Of a DNA stretch of 64,000 nucleotides, positions 37,334 to 48,282 are shown one piece after another (the stretch's first letter is position 1; the number at the start of each line of letters is the position of its first letter). The notes beneath the pieces were generated by a model. That model worked only from the letters and a program-made list of their open reading frames with translations, searched no databases and was not told the DNA's origin. Source of the stretch: Glycera tridactyla (Eukaryota); contig OZ286476.1 in NCBI GenBank assembly GCA_965644265.1, forward strand, positions 27,962,001 to 28,026,000. Direction: 5' to 3'. The position numbers were made by a program, and so were the translations under genes.

Positions 37334-40300
37334 GTATGTAGTTGACGAGGCAAGGCACGTCCTACGTCAGCGAAGGTGAGACTCGGAATGACCGGTTTGT
37401 TTATAACCGCCGTTGATGACGTCACTGTATTGTGCGTTGGCAATGTTGGGCGTTGGCCCTCTGGTGTCAAATATTGCCAACAGCAATACAGTGATCTCTC
37501 ACTAGATGTCACCGTCCCTAGTGGCTTCAGAGTGAGAGTTAGGCTGCTTTCCAATTGAGGGAAGTTGCCCCATTCCGAGTTTCGGCCATATGGGCCTCAT
37601 CAGTCACCACAATGGTCACAAATGCATCAGAATAGGGCTGTACTTTCATACAGCCCCATTCTGTGGCAAAATGACCAGAGTGTTGGAGTTCCCCAGGAGT
37701 ATGATATACTCCTCCATGCTGCATTATTGGTCCACCAAAATCAATATGTGATTTGTGAAAATTGCCTATTGGCAATTTTCTCAATTCCCTGGGGTTGGGG
37801 GTGTGTGACCTTTATCATACGGTGAGGCATCTTCATTTGCTGAAGATGTCTGGTTGTATGGTCGTTGAATTTAGCGTCATCTGCGGTTATAGGAGGATCC
37901 AAATGTCATTCCCTTGATAAGGGGATGGCGTTTGGAAGGGAGGTTGCATCCAATTGCTGGTACTGACACTTCCACTGCACTATAGTAAAGAGATTAAGTA
38001 GACGTGGCAAGGTGCCTTAGAAGTGCCTGTCACACCAATATGGTTTCTCTGATCTGCTCGGTCTGAGTTGGCCTCCCTCTAAATGGGACATATCACGAGT
38101 GCCATTTCCCTGATAAGGAGATTGACTCTATTGTGTTTACAGGGTGTTTAATGTCAAACAGCAGTGTGTGGTCACACTGCCGTTTGAGATTTATTCCCTG
38201 TATTTGTTGTTCTCCCGATAGTGGCGCCACTGTCTACATCCTGTCTCCAGTGGCGTCCTATCTTTTGTGTTCAGTCCTAGCGGAAGCATGATTTTGAGTC
38301 TCTGGATCCAGTTGAATTCGATCTGGAGTCTTAGTGTTAGTGCATACTTCGTTTTAGGGTGACTGTAAATGAAGTCTAAGATGAATATATTCATGTCATT
38401 CAGACCATGGTGGCCTGGGGACAGGAAGTGCCTACCGATGTCATCCTTAAGGTTCTTCCTTACAATGTTCCCAGAATGAGCCCCAAATCGTTCATGTATG
38501 CTGTTCCCTGTTTGGCCAACATATTGTTTGGAGCATACCTTGCATTGAATGCAATAAATTACATTGCTGCTCTGGCAGGTGATGTTCTTTTTGCATTCAT
38601 ATACTCTGGCAGTGTGATTGCTGGTGATCCTGCCTGTTTTGTCCAACACTGGGCAGAACCTGCATTTCCTGTATTTGCACTGGTTCCTGTTCTTACTGCA
38701 CGGATGTTTTTCTTTTGAGGTGGTCACTTGTGGGAGGTTCGCTCTCACCAGTAAGTCCCTCAGGCTGGGTGGTTTTCTGTGGCCAAAGACTACGCATGTT
38801 TCCGCTAGTACTTTGGTCGCAGAAGACCTCTTTAGAAAGTCCCAGTGTCTGTCTATCATCAATTTGATGTCATTAAACCCTGGAGAGTATGTGGTGATAA
38901 GGAAAATCCGATCATTGTCCTCATCTTCCTTTTTCATTTGTTTGTCCTGTGTCTCAAGTGTATCTTTCCTTGATTTTGCTGTTGCATTTTGGAAAGATTC
39001 TATCAGGGGTGATACCGGATAGCCTCTTCTGATGAAGTGACAGCAGAGAATAACAATATGTTTTATGAAGTCCCTGTCATATGAACAAATGCGTCTAATC
39101 CTAAGCATCTGGCTGTAGGGAAGACTGCGTTTGCAGTGACTGGGATGGCTGGACTTGTAATGTAAAAACGTGTGACTGTCAGTTGGTTTACTGTACAGGT
39201 TCAGCCATAGATGTCCTACCTGGTTCTTGTTTAAAGTCGTATCCAGGAAGTTGATGTTCGATTGGGATGCCTCCATGGTGAATTTAATACTGTGGTGGCA
39301 TCCGTTCAAATATCTCAGAAACTCATTCAATTTCTCTTCCCCGTGTGTCCAAATGAAAATGATGTCATCTAGATACCTCTTGTAGAAGATTGGTTGATGC
39401 GAGTATGTATAGATAAACCGAGTTTCGAAGTCTGCCATGTAGATGTTGGCCAGGCTTGGGGCAACCCTTGTACCCATTGCTGTGCCCCCTATCTGCAGGT
39501 AATTACTTTCATTAAATTGGAAGTTATTACATCTGAGAGTCAGGTCCAGTAAATCCAAGAGGCTGTGGTTCTTGGGATTTATGTTAGGGTTTCTATGTTT
39601 ATCTAAAAAACGGCCCACACTCTCAACTCCTTCACTGATCGGGATGTTGGTGTATAGGCTCGTTACATCAATGGTGGCTAATATGCTATCCCTAGGTACC
39701 ATAGATAGAGATTCTATTTCTAAGATAAAATGAGAAGTATCTTTGAGATAAGAATCAATCTTAGGCATCAACGGTTTCAAGAAGAAATCAACGAATTCCG
39801 AGATTTTCTCCGTGGGGCATTCATTAGCCGAGACTATTGGTCTCCCTGGTGGTTTCTCCAGGTTTTTGTGAATTTTCGGAAGGAGATAGAACTGTGCTGT
39901 TCTTGGTTGGTCTAAGCTTAGATACTTCTCAGTTTCTATGCTGATCTCCCTTTTCTCCTCAAGTTCACTCAATTTTTCCTGCACTTTCTGGTTGTGGGCT
40001 TGGGTAAGGTCCTCATCAACTTTCTTGTAGAATTTTTCATCTGAAAGTTGTCGAGTGCCTTCCTCTATGTAATCAGAGCGATTCATGATCACGATGCTTG
40101 AACCTTTATCAGCTTTTTTGATAACTATATCCCGATTTTCTTTCAAATCCTTCAGAGATGATTTCTCATCTCTGGAGAGATTTTGTCTAAGTGGTGCAGT
40201 GGCCTTGATTTTGGCTAGCTCCAATTCATTGATTGTGATAAAACTCTCAATCATTGTCGGGTAGTTGTCAGGGACCCAAGTGGATTTGGGGCTGAACTTC

Positions 40301-43300
40301 TCGTGCTGGAATGGGAGGGTATTACTGGCGGGTGCGAGAGAGGGGGATAGTTGTGATGATTGATTCGTGTATTCACGAATCGATTTCTCATGTTGGTTTT
40401 CCCTCTTTCTCTGACCTGTCATGATTTTATTCCAAGCATCACCTTTCTCTTCAGATTTCCCAAAGAAGGATCTCAATTTCAGTTTTCTATGGAAACTGTC
40501 CAAATCCCGTCTCAAGTCTGCAATAGAGGGCTCACCTGGTGTCGGGCAGAAGGTGAGTCCTCTCTTGAGGAGAGAGACGTGATTCTCATTGAGTTTTGCG
40601 CTTGAAAGATTTATCACTCCCTTGTCCTCATTGTCTAGATGTTGAATATATCTTTTCAAGTGAGTTTTGAAAAGGTGAGAGACTGCAACAACACATAAGT
40701 TGGAGAGTGACTGAACTTTATCAACATAAACAAACGGTTTTCTTGTGCTCGAGTTACTATTGTTCATATTTGTTGAACTGGTAAGTGAAGCATTAGAGTT
40801 CGGAAAAGTCACTGTGAATTCATTGGTTGAGCGTGAAGAATCTATGCTCCCAATCAACGTTGATTCCGTGACATCTTCGGTGTTTAGTCTTCGTCGCTGT
40901 CTTCGAAGTCTGATGGGTCCACCGACGATAGGAGCTTGTTGAGCAGTGCTGCCATCTTCGTCAGTTTTCCCTTTTTCCCCGATTTCTTCTTTTGTAGTCC
41001 CGAAGGACCCGCAGTCTGTTGGGTACGTGATCCCTCCAGGGCCTTCGATGACGTTGATGGTGGATTTAAAGTAGGGGTTCTCTTGTCGTTGGTGACATTG
41101 ACAGAGATCCCGCCACGAAAATCCTTCCCATCCCTCTTCTTCTCCTGACGTACTTGTTTGTTGCCTGGGCTGCCCTTCTTGGCACTCTTGGTGGCAGTCG
41201 AGTCGTCAGGGTCAACTTTGGTTGTCTTCGTCTTAGGAGAAGATGATCTCCCTCTGTTTTTACGTCGGGGATCATCTCTCTTCCTCTTCATCGCTTCCTT
41301 CTCATCACCGTCAGGCTTGCTCTTCTCGACATCCTGCTTGGCGTCTAGAAGTGCCTTGCCTTGGCGGTAGATGAGTTTCCTCTTCTCGTTTGTTTTCTTG
41401 TTTCGCTTCTTCCGGCGTTCCTCTGCTTTTTCATTCTTCTCCTCTTCTGTCACAGTGGGGAAGTACTTCAGAGGTCAGGAATCGTTTTGAGGAGAGGAAA
41501 CCCGTTTTTCTTCGATCAATGCAGCCAGGTAGTCATCACGAGTCACGCGATTGTTCCGGTGTTTCTCGTGCATCTTCTTGAGGTTTTCTTCCTTGTCGGC
41601 CATGTTTCTGGCTACTTGGCGCTGGATCATATCTCGAGTCTTATGAAACTCAGATGGATCCTCACGGAAATGATGACGAACTGTCTGGAGTGTGGCTGAT
41701 GAATCAGTTTCATCCGCGATGGCTTCCGCACGGATCCACTCTGAAACTAATTTGAGTGTTTCTTTACCTTGGTTCCATTTGTGCCAGTAGAACTTGCTGC
41801 GGAATGAGGATGAGTCTGGTAGCCAGGATGGCCAGCGTTCAGTGCCAAGTGCATACCCTGGTACGACGTCTTGTTGGCGTAGGCGGAGAAGGTGATCTGC
41901 TTGTAGTTTTTTCGCCTCTCCGGCTGCTAGCTGGCGTCTACTCTGGCGGATTCCACACACTGCACGTTCAGGGATCCTTGCTTCGTTCGGTTCCAGTGCC
42001 TGAAAAATAGAACGATACCCAGCTGAAAAGTCAAATTTCAAATCTGGATCCGATTCTAAGGATGTATATATATGTATATATATGTATGTATATAACTTCC
42101 TCGAACCAGAAACAAATTTTATTGCCCGTAATGAACAGTAATCAGGCCATCAACAACAAGTTTAATGTATCCCATCTTCAGAGCCATACGGGTAAGATGT
42201 CTTCCAGAAATCTGTATTTCCTCCACATCCATCAAATGGGTATGTCGTAAATATGTACACATGGTATATGTGAACAATGAGTGAATTATCAATTGTGTTT
42301 ATGGTACTGACATATTACATTGGAAGAGCTAATTGTGCATTCTGTGATGCAAAATATCAAGAAATTCAGATATCCACGGGTACATTTGGACCACAAAAAT
42401 TCTGGAATCTTTCATATCATGCATACAATGAGTAATACCTGCCATTATTCCATATAAAAAAGGGAAATTACTCAATCATATTGTATTCACAGAATGGATT
42501 GGTTCAGGCTATTGTCTTGTTTAGTTGAGTCAATTTGGCCTCTCACCTTTGATAATGTTCTATTTTCACTCTTACAGGACGAACTGTCACAAACTATGAC
42601 CATCAATGGTTGGATTACGACTGTGAGTATAACTGTTGGCTATGGCTCCATGAATGCCTCATAGATATTCATTTTGGAGTATGAACTTTGTAAAGCTGCG
42701 TAGCTGAGAACCGTTATCATGGCGCTGTCAGCCAGCGATGCTAAATGAGCCTCCACATGATCCTGACTCAAACAGGTCTATGATAAATTTTACCACCTCT
42801 AGAGAATAAGAGTTATCACAATCCACTCTGTGGTCATTACACTGATACATATACTTTTTTCCTATCGGCTATCATAGAAAGAATCCAGGAATTTCGGACT
42901 GATTGAGTGATAAGCTTGACTCCCTTTGTCGAAAAAACTGCTTAGCTCGATGGCTCCCTGGACAGACACCAGGCCATCAGACCCATCCTCTGAGGTCCGT
43001 AATAATGGACTCTCCTCACCCCAACTATTCGAGTCATCAATGTTGCTGAAATGGTCAGCTCCACAGAATATCTATTGACATTTCCGAGAGGTCCTGGAAC
43101 CATGAATGGCCTGGCCACCATGGTGGTTCACATCATCATGTCGTGTCTGGAGGCGGTTCTGTTGTGGCAAAGCTTCAAGTAGAAGGGACCAAATGATGTC
43201 TTCCCTTTCAGTCCACCCTATCCATCATGCATGTGCTCATCTTTTGTGGACACTCTGACATCTCTCTTCAGAACGTCAACATAGATGGTCTTCTTCCTGC

Positions 43301-46300
43301 CCCTCTCAGATTTACCCTCTACTGGTCCCCGGAGAACCAGGGGTGCTGCTGAAAGTTCCATGTGTTGAGTGCAATGTCCTGCTAGTCCCATCCTTGTCTG
43401 TCACCTGTGGTGGTCCATTGTGGATCTCCACATCAAGCATGTGATCAGATCATGATGGTGCTTCACAAACCAGCGTGACCCTTCATCTCATTGAACAAAT
43501 CTTTGATCGATGCTGTCTGAAGTTGAACAAAGCCTACTTCAATCTCTGTTTCATTCCATTGAAAGGTCTTGCACTGGCCAAGTTTTCTGTGCAAGGAACA
43601 AACAATTGAACAAAAGTAACTTTCAGTTAGCTGGAGTGGCCATCAGATGGATGGTCGGAGACAGATTGAATTCCTCACAGATCAGATTGTGGGGAAGAAA
43701 ATACCCATATATCTCCCTCTGGTGAGTGTGAATAAAGTTTTTCGAATTCAAAAAAACAAAACATGTGTGGGTCGAGTCTACTTGGCCCTCAAGATTGCAT
43801 CTTCTACCACATTTCTCTTCGCTGGAATGTGGTACACCTGTTGTCACTGGCACAAATGATATGAAAATCAAAGGCCGAGCAAGTTGACCATCTCAACATG
43901 TAATCAACATCATAATCTCCAATCACACATGCAAACAATGCAACCCCACATGTATACTATCCTTAGAGAAGGACCCCTCCAATGCCCTGAACCTGCTGTG
44001 AAGGTCACAGGCCACCTAGCCCTCACGATGTCAACTGAATTTATTTGATTCAGATTTAACATTCTTTATTTTCGTCAAAAATTCATGAACACATACAACG
44101 TGTGCGTCCCCGGGATGAAAAGGAGAAAACATGTATACTTGGTGTTGAATACGATGTCGATGACCATGAGATGAATATATATACAAATGATGGACGTGAA
44201 GATGACAAATGGATGATAATGAGTATGAATGACCAGACAATAATCATTGCTGAATAGACCTCAACTCCTTGAGGAATCTCTCGAATGGATTTATGTCCAT
44301 ATCATGTGCAGTTGGTTATTTGTGATAAAAGCGCTCCAGTTTTGGGCAGATCATAAACTAAAGTTTTTTTCAGATATACAATATCGTGTTTACTCAATCT
44401 CAAACGAGGGCTTTTCTTGTGACTGAGTCAAATGAAAATGATCATTTGATCTCATTTCACATATTCGTTCTGGCAAAAACTGGCCGCTCAGAGATTTTTT
44501 TATATGTATGAGTGCATGCTCTTTTCCACGAGCCTCCAGAAACTGTACTCCCATGTTTGAATGCGGTTCTGCAGTGCTGAAATGTCTCGGTTCCATACCT
44601 ATGCAGCAAAGTGCTAGGTTTTGTAAATCCTGAAGATGATGATTTCCTCACGAAGAGAGTCGGTTAAACGCTGCGTCATTGTAGTCTAAATGTGGCAGCA
44701 CCAATGTCCAGTAAAGCATCGGTACTGTTGGTTGGCTCAAAATCAGTCTCAGTCTGCCAAGGACACCCATCTTCCTAATCACACTAGATCTCACATGTGC
44801 AATATGCTCTTTAAAAGTTAGGGTGTGGTCAATGACAACTCCTAAATATTTCATCATTTTGACCCGTTCATTCTCATCCTTGTTCGCTCTCAGCTTCTGA
44901 TTAGTAAAGTTTTTGATTTGCAGACGAGCTAGCTTAGCCCATCCGTGGCGATGATCAGGTTTGGAGGGCGACTACGTTGAAGCGAGTCGAACGCCTTACC
45001 GAATCGGCCACCGCGGCATCTCTAATATGGCCTCGTTGGAACTTCTAGTCTTTCAGCACGATCGAACCGGAAACGGAACTACTGGTGGCGCCACCATCGA
45101 CGGCGAATGTAAATACTAATAAAGACAGTTCACGCGAGAAAAAAACGTAATCATAACGATAGAAATGTTCCAACAAACATAAAATCTGAATGCGGCAATG
45201 AAGAAACAATCTTATCGAGTGTAGAAGCTGGGATATATTGTTGTTTATGAAAAGAAACATGATTTTGGCGAATCAGAATCGAAAAATCCGAAACTATAGC
45301 CATCTAGCGGTGCTACTTGAAAACCTTGCTAGAGGACATTGCGAGTGTCGGCCCTCTCACGGGAACAACCGGTACTAATGGATAGCGTGAATTAACGTGA
45401 GATGCTGTCTGCTTTTCGTCTTTTAAAAGGTAAGTTTAATCTTTTTGAAGCATTATCGTGTGGATAGTATCAATTTATGCATGTTGAGGGGCTTAGGCAG
45501 CCCCCCCAACCCCCCCCCCCCCCCCCGCCTTCTTAAAATTGAAAATGAAAAAAAAAATTCCCCTGGTGGCGAGATGAGGAAGCTTGTTTGTGAATAAAGG
45601 TCACGCCCACTCGATCAGCTGTGTTTGACATGGCTTCCATGGTCTACGATGATCTGTACGAAATCTGCCGTGGCCGGGAAGCTTGTTTCCGGTTTTGCAT
45701 CGAAAATGGACTGATTGGGGACTTTGGAGGACCGTGTTATTGTTGTAATGTCAGAAACCTGAATATACGTGAGGATACCGGACAAAAATCAGACGGGAAA
45801 GTGTGGAGGTGTACGAACAAGAACTGTAATTACAGAGTATGCATCAGGAAATCATCGTGGTTCGAAGGGTCACACTTGGACATACCAACAATACTAAAAC
45901 TAACCTACTATTGGACCTATAAAGTGGACCAACATTTCATTTCCCGGGAATTAAAACTAGGATCCCAGCATACGGACGTTGACTGGTTCAATTTTGCGAG
46001 AGAGGTATGTGTTGAGATACTAGAAAAGGACAACGAGCAAATCAGAGGAGTTGGGAAAACAGTTGAAATAGATGAATCCAAGTTCGGTGAACGTGAGTAC
46101 AACAGAGGAAGAAGGGTAGACGGAGTTTGGGTATTTGGTGGTATCGAAAGAGAGTCCAAAAAGACTTTTTTTGAGATTGTTGAGGACAGATCAGCAAATA
46201 CTCTGGTTCCTATCATAAAGAAATGGATCAAACCTGGCACAACTATACTATCCGATTGCTGGAAAGCCTTCATTCATGGGACTGTAAATCACTCGATAGA

Positions 46301-48240
46301 GTTCGTGTCAGAAGAGGGTGTACACACCAATATGATAGAAAGCACATGGAGGTCTCTGAAAACATCACTTCCACGATTTGGGACTGTGAAGGACTTATAT
46401 TCCAGCTATTTCGCTGAGTACTGCATTCGCAGAAAATATTTGAATGACAGTGAACAAGACAGGTATCTTCAGTTCCTAAATCTGATTAACAGAGTTTACA
46501 AGCCGTCAAGAAGTGACATAACTTTGATAAAAAAAAAGCAGAAGGTTGCTTCTAACCCAACGTTGGATAAGGAAAATATCCCATCACCAGATATCAACGT
46601 ATCCACAAGTTCAATGGATGACTTCCAGCTATGAAGGTAAGTTTATTTCCTCTATTATCGCTCAATTCATGGAGAGAAACCGAAGCCGTACAGATCGCTC
46701 CTTCTGATTGGAGGAGAAAAAGATGGCGATTTTGTCAGGCGATCTCTGATTGGTCCAAACCGTCACGTGACTTTCCCAAGATGGTGGCGTTCACCTTCTC
46801 CATTTGAGGTGATCGGATTCATAACGTCCGCAAATCTGGAAATTATTCCTCTTCACTGTACCAATCATCGACAACGTTGAGGTAGGAACTATATTTAGCA
46901 TGTACTCTCAATGACCGTTCGATCGCAAGTCAGTGAACATTTGTTGGAAACGTCAAATCGCGATGTTTTAGTAGGATCGTGGGGACTTCTAAAGTGCATA
47001 CTACCCTTTGCTAGGTATGCTGTAAACCATCACTTTTGGTTTCCTTATATTCAATGATAGCTTATTCAAGCGCATCAACTCGATGACTCATTCCATCAGT
47101 AATGCCGATATAGACTTCCTTTCGACAGGTGAATTCGTCATGGAACAATGGCTGTGTCATCTGCGTAGTTTGTTCGTTCAATTTTGATGTCACTTCAACC
47201 CCCTTATGTTATATCCGCGTAGAGGTGACATTTTATTGGTAAAGCATATACTTCTTGTTGCATGTCCGACTCCTGAGACAGATCATGTGATTGATTCATA
47301 TCAATCTGATTCAATGCATGTGATCGGGAATCAAGGGATCCCATCGATCACAAAGCAAAGTGCGCTTATTCTCCCAACATACAAGCCTTGGTAATAAAAT
47401 CAACATCAGAATACATAACCATCCATAGAGTGTGTCCTCTAGTGTGAAGGATGAGAGAAACAGCAGGGAGGTGATCTTCTTCTTGTTATATTTGCACGTA
47501 GGTGTTTCAGCTTAATTTGAGGGAGAAATGGTACAGATAGATCATATAGCAAGACTATATGGCCGTGAAGTAAAAACGCAATACCAAACAAGGTGTGAAT
47601 TTCACCTGATGTCCCGAGGCCGAAGGCCGAGTGACATCCGGAGAAATTTACACCGAGTTTGGTATTGCGTTTTTGCCTCACGGTCATATAGTCCTGCTTT
47701 TATCACATGGATTAGGGGAGAAATCATCAGAAAGCAGTCCTCATCCAGCTATGAAGTATCACACGCAATACTCAACACCTGATACTTCACTGAAAATGGC
47801 ACATCCATGTGATAACAAGATTTATTTGAGATAATGTCCAATGTTATCAACATGAGGTGTTTGTTTCTTCAGTATTGGAATGATCCTCGGCTTGTATGGG
47901 ATCCCCGGGATCATGGTGGATTGAAGGATGTGGTTCTCACTCCTGACAAACAGCCATGGTTGCCCAGGTTTGTCATTTGGGATAGGTAAGATAATTTGTC
48001 CAATTTTTAATTGGGAGGTTTCCTGAAGATATCAGAAATGTTCATGCCTATCCAAGAATGAGCCATATTCACATCTGCCTCTGTGAATCATCAGAGACAT
48101 ATGAAGCATATGGTTCAGAAAACTATTTCGAATCTAGCTAATTGAGCATATACAGTTACATCTACAGCACATTCCTATATCAACCAACAATTTCATGTGA
48201 TAAATTACAAAACAAATCTTCTAGTACTATCAACACGCCT

Positions 48241-48282
<42 letters not shown>

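Larger units (their letters stand above)
37341..42062 (-). mobile_element. Penelope-like element, Neptune-type, 5'-truncated, in copy 2 intron 2
   Basis: RT plus C-terminal GIY-YIG ORF, hammerhead near the 3' end, flanked by a duplicated TA/TG-rich target; absent from the homologous intron of copy 1. Confidence 0.92.
44030..47400 (-). mobile_element. Decayed CR1/L2-type LINE, split by the Merlin-type insertion
   Basis: YADD at about 47158-47169 and NKLSLNI at about 47045-47070 on the right; KLARLQI and KYLGVVID on the left; 3' tail near 44040. Confidence 0.8.

Noticed and set aside
41475-41477. Selenocysteine recoding of the PLE UGA
   Set aside because: No SECIS identified by eye, the codon is in a low-complexity linker, and the selenoprotein-encoding PLEs I know of have an N-terminal endonuclease, unlike this one
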